A program made the position numbers and the translations under genes. Positions 1-12,370 of a stretch of 64,000 nucleotides of DNA are shown in pieces. Under the pieces are notes generated by a model. It was given only the letters and a program-made list of their open reading frames with translations, had not been told where the DNA came from and made no database searches. Source of the DNA: Isurus oxyrinchus (Eukaryota); the NCBI GenBank assembly GCA_026770705.1, contig JANJGN010000018.1, forward strand, positions 51,584,001 to 51,648,000, given 5' to 3'. Position 1 is the stretch's first letter. Each line of letters starts with the position of its first letter.

Positions 1-1880
1 GATGAGAGCACACAAAGAGAATGACAGAACTCTGTGACGTCTGCCTACAACATTCCGGCAGCAATGACAAGCACCGTCGAGGTGCAGACATCAGTAATGT
101 TTCCAGGGAGTGTGAGGCCAGACAATCACTTTGGTCTGAAGGCTGCACAAAGCACAGGGAAAAGGCCCTGGACTAAGACATCTGACTTTATCTTGTGCAG
201 AAAGTTTTCACATCTGAGTGACACGAACTTTGCTCATCAGAACAAGGAGCCATAGGCAGGGAGACATTCTTGGGAGTTTAATGACAATAGTGAACAGTAT
301 GTACAAGTGATTAATACCTGTGCCCAGGCTGTGCAACCACATGTCCTTAACTTTCCTATCCCTGCCACAACATATTGGTGCTCCCTGGCGATCCACACCA
401 GGTGGAGGCAGCCTGCTGACTGTGATGCCCTGTCTGAGCTGAACTTTGAAGGCGTCCTCTGGAGGGCCGAGACTTGGAGGGCCCCGGCCTTCTGTCGGGG
501 TCCTGCTGTGTGGCAGTGGCATCTTCCTCGGCCTGTGGAGCTGGAGCTGCTGACATCACAAGAGGAGGAGTTTCGGATGGGCTGGACAGTCCCACGGAGC
601 AATGCAGATGTAATGTCCTGGACCAAGGTCTCCTTGGCAGACGCCATCCTTCCAGTGTTGACCTCGGTGCGTTGGCATGCCAGCATTATCACCTTAGCCT
701 GAAGGTGGATGGACTCCTCCATCATGCCTTGCAATCTGAGGAGTGCAGCGGACATCCCTTCCTGGTGCTCCCAAGCTTGCCTTTGCAGCTCCAGCAACTG
801 ACATGACCGAGCCCAAAGGCTCGTCATCTGACTTGGACTCAGCAAATTTTTGGCCTCCAAGAGTCGTCCAGGTGCCAGACTCCTCATGAAGTCCCTGTTG
901 TCACCTGCCACGGATCAGGCAATGTGCTCACCAGATTGTGATCCCAAGGCTACTCTAAAGCTAGGTCTCACCGAAGTGCGTCTCTCTGCACTGGTGGAGG
1001 GTGTGGGTGAGCGCTGTGACGGGACTTCAAGAAGAATGCCTCCAGATTCCTCTTCAGAGGTTTCCTTGGGCCTTGATTGGAGGCCCTGGGTCATGGACTC
1101 TGTCGGCTGTTTGGCAGATTGCCTGCGAAAGCAAGGAGGCATAATTAGTGCATGGCAGTGGCCTGTGAAAAAGGACACATCCCTCACAGCATGTCTGTCT
1201 GATGGATGTTGCACTGCTGGATCCTCACTTGGTAGAGCATCACCAACCTCACCGTCAGCACAGGACCAGTCCAGATCCTCGCCTGCCAGCTGGATGGCTC
1301 TGTTTTCAAAGTCTGTGAGGACTTGATTTCAAGTATGCCTGCATCAATCTGTGACCTATCCATCTTGTTGTGTGCCAGCTTGTCCTGCATGAATAGCGAT
1401 GGAGAGAGGGTAAGCAGGATGCTTGCCAGGCCAGATGATAAATATGCCTGGCATGTGTGCATGGTGACTGGCCAAGTGGATGGGATGAGGACAATGAATG
1501 TGAGTGTGAGAGAGTGAATGTGATGTCCCTTGAAACGGCAGTAAGCGAGGGCCCTGTGGGTGTGTAATAGTGTGTGTGAGTTGAGAGTGATGAGAACTGG
1601 CGGTACGGAAGAGATCATTCATCCTCTTGAGGCACTGGGTGGCTGTCCTCTTTTGAAGGGCATTGGTGCTGATACCTGCTGCCACCATCTCCCAAGCTGG
1701 ATTGGTGAAATTGCTGCCTATCCTATGGGCAGAGTGGGGGTAGCGGACATCACAGCGAGCCTCCACTGTGTCCAAAAGGCACTCAAGGGACACATCATTG
1801 AACCTGGGGGCTGCAGTCTTTTTGTATTTCAGGGCCATGTCTTCTTTACAGCAGTTGTGTGCTGGAAGCACTGAGAGGTG
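1..1880 (-). mobile_element. Harbinger transposon remnant: spliced Myb/SANT-like (ORF2) gene, cut by the window edge
   Basis: MALKYKKTAAPRFNDVSLECLLDTVEAR...AWEMVAAGISTNALQKRTATQCLKRMNDL is a trihelix/Myb-SANT signature. Exon 2 spans 1229-1384 (cag|...|gtgagg, 156 nt); exon 3 starts at 1122 and has a coiled-coil-like segment. Frameshifts are present. Confidence 0.8.
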
Positions 1881-1894
1881 TGCACATGGCTGGA

Positions 1895-2800
1895 TGTATA
1901 GTCCATAGGTTTGGGATAGGGGTATTCCATTCTTGTTATTTGCTATTAAGGACGCTCCTAATGCATTGACTGGTTTTAGTCCTTTTGAACTAGTTTATGG
2001 TTATGAGTTGAGAGGACAAATGAAATTGATTCATGAGAAATTGGTGAGTCAAAGTTCAGAAACTACTCCCTTCGATTATGTATCAAATATCAGAGAGATA
2101 TTGGACAGAACATGTGAGTTAGCTAGGGAACATTTAAAGATATCACAGCAAGTGCTGAAGATGAAAGCAGACAGGAAAGTTATAGCTTGTGGTTTTGTTG
2201 CTAGCGAGATTGTGTTAGATCAGTTACCAGTACTGGATGACTCATTAAAGGCAAGGTGGGCCATACAGAATTGAAAACAAATTGAGTGAAGTAAATTCTT
2301 TAATAAATACTCCATATAGAAGAAAGAAACAGAGGGTGCATCATGTAAATATGCTTAAAAAGTACTTTGACAGGGAAGAGGACCAAAGGAGGTGTTAATG
2401 GTGGTAGTTATTGAGAAAGAAATAGAGATACAGAATTTTGAAATTGATTTTCCTCTAATCAAATTGGATAATGAGGGGGTACTTGAAAATTTAAATGTAA
2501 TATTGAGTTACCTTGCAGACAAGTGATCTGGAGAAGCTATTATGGTCACACAAAGATATTTGTGGAAATAAGTTCAGAAGGACAAATTTAGCTAAACATT
2601 ATGTATCTGTAGAAGTTTCATCTTCGCTAAGGAAACATTCTTATAGATTAAACCTAGCAAAGTTATCGCAAGTACAGAAAGAAATTGAATTCATGCTTTA
2701 AAATGATATCACTGAGTCTAGCTGCAGTAACTGGAGTTCGTCTATTGTGCTGGTACCAAACTGGATGGAACACTGAGATTGTGTGTGGACTATCGAAAGG
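1895..2800 (+). mobile_element. Ty3/Gypsy LTR retrotransposon pol fragment with integrase upstream of RT (Gmr1-like)
   Basis: LLFAIKDAPNALTGFSPFELVYG and HVNMLKKY (integrase C-terminal region) precede YRLN..KLSQVQKEIEFML..SNWSSSIVLVPKLDGTLRLCVDYRK (RT start). Stops and frameshifts are present. Confidence 0.8.
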
Positions 2801-3729
2801 TGAGTGTGGTGCAATTGTCTGTGATTTTTCATGGCCGTCCAACCTTATCAAACTAGCAAATCGGCCAGATGGCCTTAAATTTTTTATCAAATCTCATCCA
2901 AGGATGGGGTGAAATCTCTGTTATGAAACAAAATAAACATAAATATCTGTGGACAGCATTTTTATGAGGTATGCTTTCAGGTGCCCGATTGTGATGTATG
3001 GACATTTTTCTGCTACTTTTTACACCTTTATTTCATCATTGGCAGGTCTGCAGCACCCTCAGACAGCTGTCTGCCTTCAGGGGGCTTACTTGCAGCACTC
3101 GCCCACACCCATACTGATGTAATCACCCACCCCCTTCCAGCCCCCATTCCAGCAACACTGAGTGTTTCAGTGTGCATGTCACGCTGGCTGGCCTTAAATT
3201 TGTCAGCCACCATGAAATCATGGTTGCCAGTTTATTTTCTGGCCATTCTTGGGCCCACCAATCATGTGTGCCCGCCAAGGGTAAAATTCAGGCCCTGGTA
3301 TTAGATGCCTTTTCTTTTCCCCTCACAGGAATGTGTCTACATTGCACCCAAACCATGTCCACTTTGAAGGCTTTACTTTCTTTAATTATTGTTTTGCCTA
3401 CCAATTTTTGATTCCAATCCACTTGAGTCTGATCCCTTTTCAACTCACTGAAGTTAGCCCTCCTCCAATTACATAAATTTACACTGGATTATTTCTTGTC
3501 CCCTTCCACAACTTTCTAGACCTGATGACATTATGATTCATGTTCCCTATTTGTTTCAATCAATACTGCCAGACTCCCCCCATCATTTCCTTCCCTACAT
3601 TTACTGGTGGTGTGTTATAGTTCACTCAGGGAGTCTGTGTTGCCGTGGCATGCACTTTTACATACATGTTGTATTCTGAAGCTATGGATCGTGATGGTAG
3701 AGGCTCCAACATTCTATCCATCATCTGGC

Positions 3730-3905
3730 TGACCAGGAATCTCTCCTGCTCTTACTGCCTGTCATTGGTATATGTTGGAAGGACTTGCAACTTGTTTGGC
3801 CATGTTTTGAATGCACCTTCCTTGGCCATCAAGTCCTGGGGTGGGACTTGAACCTGGAGCTTCTGGCTCAAAGGCAGGGATACTACCCTCTGCACCACAA
3901 GACCC
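3730..3905 (-). mobile_element. tRNA-derived SINE remnant
   Basis: The minus strand has TGTGGTGCAGAGGG (A-box-like) and GGTTCAAGTCC (B-box). Confidence 0.55.
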
Positions 3906-4026
3906 CCTCCTAAATTTCCTGAATGTTTTGTAAATAATCAAAATGTACTTTAGTGCCTTCATTAACATTTGTTAGGCAACAAACCTGTTTTTGGTGGGTG
4001 CTTGGGTTATCTGAAAAAATGCTTAC

Positions 4027-4992
4027 TGTTACAATTATAAGATATATAAGATTATGTTTTGGGACTGGTATCTTTAAATTTAGGTTGAATGAAGGGGTAA
4101 TGTGATCTGTTCTGACAGTCTGCAGTAAGCCTGGGTGGTTTAATTGTTAGAGATCAAAAGAAGGCTTAGATTATTTTACTAGGAAGAAGGCACAAGGTAT
4201 TTATGCTTGGAGACAATGGCAACAGCCTGTGAGTTTACAATGACTATAGTCTGAGTTTCCGAAAGTCCCAGAAAGGTGTTGAAGGTATCAGGGGTAAACA
4301 GTTGTGCTGTAATATGTCCATTTATTTCTACGATGAAAGAGAAATGAGATCAAGAATAGCTAATCAACATTTCTACCTCGGTGCAAGATTAATGTATTTG
4401 CCATGGGGAAGAGTACAGAGGAAGCCATATTTTAGATCATGTTACAGTCTTCGCTACAAATCAAATGAAAATCACAGACAGACAGAAGTTCTGTGTATTC
4501 AGCCGAGAGAGGTGGCTGCTTGGCTTTACAAACTACCACAGTCAAAAGGGGGAAGGAGATGGTCTCTAGTTGAACTGGTGCATTCTACAGCCATCTATGG
4601 ATGCCAGGAGCATTGCCAGGAGGAGGAAGAATCATTGGAACAGGCTTTACTGCTGGTAGTGGATTTAGGAAACTCTCTGAAAATTAAGAGAAGTGCCTGG
4701 AGATGGTCAAGCCAGCGAAAGGGGAAATGTGATCCTATTGCTGAGAGCAACTGTGGACTGTTTGCAATAAGGAGCATAATGTGTGGCATGTATGAAAGGG
4801 GAATGTTTATTTCTGTAGTTTAAAGTATGAGTTGCCTACAAAAAGAAATTATGCTTAGTGAGTGGTGTTTTTAGTTATTTGTTACAGAAAAAGTATAAAA
4901 TGAGAAATCTTGTTGTGTCATTCTTTCAGTTATCAACTGGAAGTTCAAATCTCTTTTTAGAAGTTACAAGTCTCCACAGAGATCATAATACA
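4027..4992 (+). mobile_element. Possible solo LTR
   Basis: Starts TGTTAC and ends GATCATAATACA (TG...CA); non-coding. No clear TSD. Confidence 0.3.
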
Positions 4993-5117
4993 TTTTTTAG
5001 GTTTACTTGGGTCCTGGGACAAAACCCTGAAAAATTGGTTGTTTTTGTCCCAACTCAGATGCAACAAGGCCCAATTTCTCCCCTTTTGTAGCAGTCTCTC
5101 TCATAGGATTGAATTAA

Positions 5118-5123
5118 TTTATT
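5118..5123 (-). terminator. Candidate polyadenylation signal (AATAAA) of the Ig receptor gene
   Basis: TTTATT on the + strand at 5118-5123, downstream of the predicted stop codon. Confidence 0.3.
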
Positions 5124-5353
5124 TAAAATAAAATATTTACATGTAATTTTATCTTTCAAAACACCACGATTACTGAATAGTTCTTTAAGTAAGGATAGGT
5201 AAAAGATTTATGAATGTATTTTTGGGATGAAACTAACATCACCTGATTATGAATAATTTGCTCCATGTTTTCCATTCTGTCTCCACAATGACTATGTACA
5301 ATATTGAGAGAGAATGAAACTGTATTTCTGCATTTTCAAGACGTTGTGCCCAA

Positions 5354-5437
5354 CTATGTCATCGAATATACATTATGGTGTTGAATAACTGGGACATTCG
5401 CCCAATTGTCATAACTGGCATAAGATCCACATGTATC
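5354..5437 (-). CDS. Exon 6 (putative terminal): Tyr-rich cytoplasmic tail end
   Basis: Acceptor attgttcttccag|; phase-0 frame reads DTCGSYASYDNWANVPVIQHHNVYSMT*, matching the phase of the exon-5 donor. AATAAA lies ~230 nt downstream. Confidence 0.5.
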   Translation of the reverse strand, partial: DTCGSYASYDNWANVPVIQHHNVYSMT

Positions 5438-6189
5438 CTGGAAGAACAATATTAACACCATTTGCATCACTTTTCTACTGAAGTTAGAATGGGTGATTGG
5501 GAAACCTCCATGGAAATTGTTTCTTTATAGTATCTATGCATTGAATGAGGTTTTGGGTTATTAGACTAGATATTTTGAGCTCTGAGTCACCAGCTATTTC
5601 TGAAAGTTGATCTCAAGTCCCCTCCAATTTGAAGTGTACCTTTATTTGCCCAGCAGCAAATGATAGCAAGACCAATAAATTATAATGGTAACTTTTGCCC
5701 TGTACACTGGCAACTAGCGTATACCATATGCTACTACATGAATTCACCCTCTCTCTTTCTCTCAAAAGATGTACTGAAATGTACAACAAGAGTCATGGAT
5801 CTTGAACAAATAAAGAATTTAATTTACACAAGGTAGATGACCAAATATTACACAATTTAGCACAGAGTTAGATATTCCCCTACACAGTCTGATATATAAA
5901 ACAAAGATGGTGCATACTTTCTTGCCTTAAACAGGTGTCCACTTAATATAAACCTTCTCTAACTCAATTCCCTTTGCCAAATTTTCACTCAGTTAAAAAA
6001 ATACACTCAGCCCTTCATCGTTTCCGAGATTCATTCACAGGCTACAGTCAGAAGAACTGCTCTTGTTCTGCCACTGTAATTTGCTGGAAGTGTAGTGTCA
6101 ACCTCTGTTTACACATGTAAATAGGGTTTCTGTGAAACATCCAGTGAAGTCTGGTGAGGGGAATGGAAACAGTTCTGAGGAAATTCCCA

Positions 6190-7655
6190 GCCTGTGCAAT
6201 TTCAGAGAAGGCCATTGATTATTAAATTGGGCAGATAGATGCTGGATGAAATTGAACAGGGAGAAGTGTGAAGTGATACATTTTTGAAGGAAGAATATGG
6301 ATTATAAAATAGAAAAGGTAAAAGGAAGGAAAGGAAAAAATAAATGTACTAAGTATTAAAATTGTAAAAAGAACTAAAGGAGCAGACAGACAAACCTTTA
6401 AAAGTGGAAGGGCAAATTGATAATGTTGGAAAAAGCAAACATTTGGCATCCTAGGTTTTATAAATAGGGACACAAAGTACATGAGAAAGTGGTAACATAA
6501 AAACTGTATGTATCATTGATTAGGCTACAGGTTGAATATTATATCCAGGTTTGGGTGCTCTTTGTCACTGTCACAGGTGATTCATTTGGATGACACCAGG
6601 AATGTGACGCTAGAGAAATCAGGACTCTTCTAATTATTGGAGGGAAGATAAAGAGGAGCTTGATAGGTATTTGGAATTCTGAGGGGTCCTAATGGTGTAA
6701 GTAAGGAAAAATGATTTCCGCTGATTAGTGACTCAGTAACAAGAGGGCATAAAGTAGAATGATCACCAAAAGAATAAGGAGAAAGATTAGGGGGAGAATT
6801 TTCTCCCCGGAGGGGTTGGGTGGGAGCAGGCGCGGGTGTACAGGCAGCTGATCGCTGCTCGTGTTCGTCTGGGCGCTGTCACTTTACATGGGTGGGCCAA
6901 TTAAGGCTAGCCCAGAGTGACACGCACCCAGAAGCGCTGAGCGCTTCTTGTGTGGGCGGGAGGGGGGTTGCCTGATCCGGGGCCTGTGCTCTTTCATGCA
7001 TGCGTGCAAAAGAGCACAGAAATTTCCCTGAGGCACAGGGAGCTTAGTTTAAGTTAAAAAAAAAACTTAATAAAGGAAAAAAATGTATAAGAAACTGTCA
7101 CAAGCTGGACATGCCTATTAATTTTATTAAAAAATTTTACAAGACTTTATAAAACTTCATGAAACCTCATCCCACCTGTGGATGAGGTTTCATGATAAAT
7201 ACGAAGGCTGCGTAGGCTCTTCGCCTGCCCGCCAACCTTAAGGTTGGATGGGCAGCTCAGCTAATTATTTTAATTGATAGTTAAATGGCCTTAATAGGCC
7301 TTTGACAGTTCAGCGGGTGCACAGCTGAGGCCAAACTGAAAATCTGAATGACACTTGGTGACATCGGGGCACACGCTTGATGTCACCACGTGTCATTTTA
7401 CACCTTGGCCCCGCTTGCCGAGCCGAAGATTTTGCCCTAGGATTTTTTTCATGCAGAGTTGTTATATGGAGTGCCCTACTAGTGGTAGAAACAAGTTGCA
7501 TTTTAACTTTTAAAAAGAAAGTGATTTTTTAAAAAAGAAGAATATGGGAAGAGAGCAACAAAATGGAACAAGGTGAATCACTCTTTCAATAGACAAGCAC
7601 ATGAATGATGGACCAAATGGATTCCTTCTGTGCCATAAAATTCTATGATTCCAAA
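6190..7655 (+). mobile_element. Old CR1-clade LINE 3' fragment, split by a MITE
   Basis: Degenerate RT C-terminus (W.D.W.MK...KCEVIHF) and a CR1-type 3' UTR that continues across the 6791-7437 insertion. Confidence 0.7.
6791..7437. mobile_element. Harbinger-type MITE (647 bp)
   Basis: TIRs GGGGAGAATTTT / AAGATTTTGCCC and a 3-bp TSD TAG (6788-6790, 7438-7440). Subterminal sequence resembles the ends of the 14772-20220 Harbinger. Confidence 0.85.
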
Positions 7656-8383
7656 AGTAATTCTTGTCAGTAGTTAATTAAACAAGTTACTGTTTGTAAC
7701 CAGTTAACATAGGTAAGGACAGTCTATAAAACTGTAAGCCAACTTACATATTTATGCACTGAAGTTGTCCACTTAGCATTCTTGAAAATGAATGCTAGAA
7801 GCAGGTTCACCATTGCCCTCTGACACAGGTGCTGCTAGATTATAGCAAGTCATTACAAAGTCACATCAGCTACAGACAAAAGCTCAGCAGCAGTACCTCT
7901 AGGGATACATCTCAGGCTGCCAGATAAGGCTGGAAAACGCAGCCTTGGTGTTGAGCTGTTTTCCCTCCCCTAAAAGACACTTAAATAACCCTGCTGCCCC
8001 TTTGTAAGAAGTTAGTATGCCTCCATCTCCTTAGCATGTCTTTGGAAGCCAGTATGCCATATTTTCGAGAAGTCATAGGTACAGGAACAAACGCTGGAAT
8101 GCCCAGCTTCTCAGTGCTGGTGCTTTTGTTTGGAGTGGCCGGAAGCTCCACCCCAAACAAAGGCTACTTCAATTCCTGATATAAGGCAAAGCCTGGCATA
8201 TCTAAGTCCCGACCTAGTTTGCAGGCTTTCCACTACATTCTCATCAGAGTTACAGCAGGAGTATGTAGAAAGCATCAAGGATTTGTATCCCCTTACTGAT
8301 CAAGCGATTAAAAAAAAAGATCACTTTGGCATAACTGACATCATTACATTTTTACATGAGTTTGTTCACACTTATTGTGGTAC

Positions 8384-8460
8384 CCTCCCCATACTTTCAT
8401 AGACATCCTCATTCTCACGTTTTCCATTTTTATGGGATTGTTCATCCTTGGCTCTTTTAC
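8384..8460 (-). CDS. Exon 5: cytoplasmic tail with acidic Tyr motif EDVYESM
   Basis: Acceptor ttttttatctcaacag|; phase-1 frame reads (S)KRAKDEQSHKNGKRENEDVYESMGR. Weak donor AGG|gtacca; if it is not used, the frame reads VPQ and stops at 8372. Confidence 0.65.
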
Positions 8461-10779
8461 CTGTTGAGATAAAAAATATATAATTATGGTGAATACTTCT
8501 TCAAGAAATGGGTGAAAAATGATATTTACATACAATTACACACTGAACTTGAGTTGTAAGATGTGATGAGTGTTTTCCATTTGACTAGGAGCTTTAGAAT
8601 ATTGCCAAATCAAATCTGTTTTCCCCTATTATTATGTAATTATTTTATACTCTCCTTCTCCAAAACCTCCCCACACCCTCAGATTAGAGGGTAAGCAGGA
8701 GGTCTTAATAGGTGGTCTTAAAAAGCATCCTGCAGAGACGCCTCCCATTTCTGGAACAAAAGGACGGCTTTTTAAAAACATTATTTAAAATGGCATTTTC
8801 TAATAATGCTTTCATTGATGGCATAGCTATGATTATCGTGAACTCACCACATGGGGAATCATTGGCAAACTCCAGAAATGTGCAGTAGAGGTCTGACAAA
8901 CAATGCTTGATCCTGGCCTCTTGAAGGCATAAGTAAGCAACACTATAGGTAACTCTTTACCATGCTAGTAGGCTTAAGGCAGTGGCAATTGACTTCCATA
9001 ACGAGCATGCAAGTAAATCACATAAGGAAGCAGCTGACACTGCACCATTTAGACCCAAATTCATGACCTTGATTCAAGTGATAAATGTCCTGTATTGGTA
9101 GATATGTTCAGCCTACCTTCCTGTTATAGACAACTAGAATCATTTAATTTGACCATTGTTATTTAATAGAAATGCCTCTGGTCTCCGAGAACAAACACTA
9201 ACTCCCTTTTTATTCCCTATTTTAAGTAGAGTGCAGCATCCAAATAAAAGCAGGTATTTTTAGCTGCAAGGAAAACATATTATCACAAGCTATATTGAAA
9301 GCACCTTGACAGTGTGTATCATTAAATAGCTTTCTGCAAAATCCATTCTACCTCTCCTGCCCATCAGGGAGTAGTGGGTTTAAATTGAGGCCAATGTCTC
9401 AATTTGATTCTGCTGTTCTATAGATTGCCACTTTCACTTTGATGTCAAGAGGTTTCTGATGTGCATCAAAATGAAAATAGTGGTCTAACTTGGAAGTCAG
9501 TTCCTGATCTGACTCCTGAGACCAATGAAGTTTGGAGGCGTGAGAAACTGTCTGGTAGGAACTCTCACATCAATTAAAGTTCCCAGCAAGTGTTGCATGT
9601 CTGTGACTTATTGCAATGTTACATTTGAAAAATATACAGGCATTATTTAGACTAAGCATATAATATTTATCAATTAAAATGTAAATGGTTTTCCCCAGCA
9701 CTCCTAACATTAAAAATGAGCATCCAAGCATGCATAAGCAAAACTCCAGGCGATCAGCTGTAACTGGGGATGACAGCTGTCCATTACACTACATGAATAT
9801 TGGTTTCAGATCAGCACGAGCTGTATAATGGCAGCCTAACTGTACTTAAATAATTCTAATTACACGTTGCCAATCGAATTCTGTCAGACCAGTCTCTCTA
9901 AAGCTAGCTTCCTTTCTCTCCCCCAGTCAGTCTTTTAAATTTTCATTGCGGTTACAGTGTCACCTGAAATTGTGGTACTTTGAGATAAATCTACACTGGA
10001 CAAATTTCATACCACGAAAGCAACAAAAATATTACTGCCAAGAATGATTGCCTTGAAATTCTGATTTATAATTTTATTTCCAGAGTTTCCAATTTCCTGA
10101 ATGGCTGAGGGGGGAAAAAAAGAACTGCATTGAGTGGCCTGGGACGGGTGATCTAAAAGGATAGCAGCTTCTGGTTTCACCCATGAAGATACCAGAGAAT
10201 CAACCTGTCAGTGGGTCACAGGCTGCTTTTGCATTACACTATGACCACTGAAGTCAATGAAGATATCAGTGCCAAAGCCAATGTAATTTTCTTCCATATA
10301 CTTGTCAAGTTGCTTTTCAAAGCCATTAGCAATCTCTATAGGAAAACCATAGCTAGTATTTTCCCAGGCATTGGGGGAGATTTTAACATTTTGGCCTGCT
10401 GGGAGTGAGGGTGCCTGGTCCCACACAGGAAACATGGGCCTCCAGGTTTTCCCACATTGTGGAGTTTTTCAGCAGGTGACAACACTGAGAGGTTCCCCTC
10501 TCAGAAACCAGGCTTTGTTCCAGTAGGACAGAGAATGTCGAAGAAGGAGCCTCAGGACCAGGTAGATCTGGAGGACTCAGGAATCAGAGGTTAGAGGGAG
10601 ATTGGAGACCCAGGAGTGGTGGAGGCAAAAGCTTGGACACCCAGGTTTAAATTTGAAATGGTGGGGATATGAGGCATGCATATAATAATACTTAAATTGT
10701 TAACCTGCCTCCTGGAAGTGGGTTGGCCACTTGCGCAACCCCATCCTGCCTCTGGTAAAACTGGAAATATAATGAAAGA

Positions 10780-11225
10780 TAGCATTTATATCTTGCCTTT
10801 CACAATCACAGGATGTGACCAAACTCTTCACTGTGAATGAAGTATTTCTGAAGTATAGTCCTCTTGTAATGCAGAAAACTCAGCAGCCAATTTGACACAG
10901 TAAGCTCCCACAAACAACAATGTGACAATGATCAGATAATCTGTTTTTGTGATGATTGAAGAATAAATAGTGGCCTGGTCACCAGGATTACCTTCTCTGC
11001 TCTTCTTCAAAATAGTGACATAGAATCTTTTATGTCCACCTGTTAGGTCAGACAGGGCATTGGTTTAATGGTTCACCTGAAAGATGGCATCTCTGACAGT
11101 GCAGCATTCCCTTAGTACTGCACTGGCATGTCAGCCTAGATTTTTTTGTGTCCAAGCCTCTGGAGTGGTTCTTGAACCCACAACATTTTGACTCAGTCCC
11201 AAGTGATAATTGAACCACAGCTGTC
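10780..11225 (-). mobile_element. DeuSINE-family SINE (SacSINE1-like)
   Basis: Deu-domain-like core (ATCTTTTATGTCCACCTG...GGTTTAATG..CACCTGAAAGATGGCATCTCTGACAGTGCAGCATTCCCTTAGTACTGCACTGG) and a tRNA-like head with GGTTCAAG at the high-coordinate end. Confidence 0.7.
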
Positions 11226-12370
11226 AGAGGCAGAGAAGTGGGTGGTTAGCAGAAGGTTGGACTCAGATTCAGATTTTTAACACTTCAACCTTCCAACCCA
11301 AATCCACAAAATTTTTGAGGTTAAGATTCCTACCAATGCATCTGAACATACCTGTATGATTTTGAAATGCTACACTTCAATTCTTGAAATCTTAGAATGT
11401 ATTATGTCTTTTCTAAATAATTATGCTCTGCCTACACATCATTTTATGTTAGTACTGAATATCAAATAGGTGTGTGAACAAGATATCAACCTGAAACATA
11501 ACTCTGTTCTCTCCACAGATGCTGCATGACCTGCTGAGTATTTCCAGCATTTTCTACTTTTATTTTAGGCTTCCAACATTTGCGTATTTTGCTTTTTGAA
11601 CATATGAATTAGGAACTGGAGTAGGCCACTTAGACCCTTGAGCCTGCTCCGCCATGCAATAAGATCTTGGTTGATCTGAATGTAATCTTAACCCTGCATT
11701 CCTGCCTACCCTCAATAACCTTTCACCCCCTTGTTAATCAGGAATCTATATAGTTTTGCCTTAAAAATATTCAAGGGCTCCACTTCCACCGCTTTCTCAG
11801 GAAGAGAGTTCCAAAGACTCACTACCCTCTGAGAGAAAAAAAAAAATCTAATTCCTGTCTTAAATGAGTGACCAATTATTTTTAAAGAGTGGCCTCTAGT
11901 TCTGGATTCTCCCACAAGAGGAAACATCCTCTCCACATCCATCTTGTCAAGACCCCTCAGGATCTTAAAGGTTTCAATTAAGTCACCTCTTACTCTCCTA
12001 AATTTCAGTGGTACAAGCCTAACCTGTCCAGCCTTTCCTCATAAAACAACCCGCCCATTCCTTGTATTAGTCTAGTAAGCCTTCTCTGAACTGTATCTAA
12101 TGCATTTACATCTTTCTCTAAATAAGGAGACCAGTACTGTACGCAATACTCTAGATATGGTCTCGCCAATGCCCTGTACAACTGAAGCATAACCTCCCTA
12201 CCTTTGTATTCAATTCCCCTTACAATGAGTGAAAACATTCCATTAGCTTTCCTAATTACCGGCTGTACCTGCATACTAACCTTTGATTCATACAATAGGA
12301 CACCCAGACCCCTCTGAATCTCAGAGCTCTGCAATCTCTCACCAATTAGATAATAAGCGTCCTTTTTATT

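Noticed and set aside
4302-4823. 173-aa ORF
   Set aside because: No recognisable domain; lies inside a probable LTR-like non-coding repeat.
11345-11415. Possible extra cytoplasmic exon (minus-strand donor CAG|gtatgt)
   Set aside because: The plausible acceptors give in-frame stops in the required phase; only a weak 18-nt option remains.
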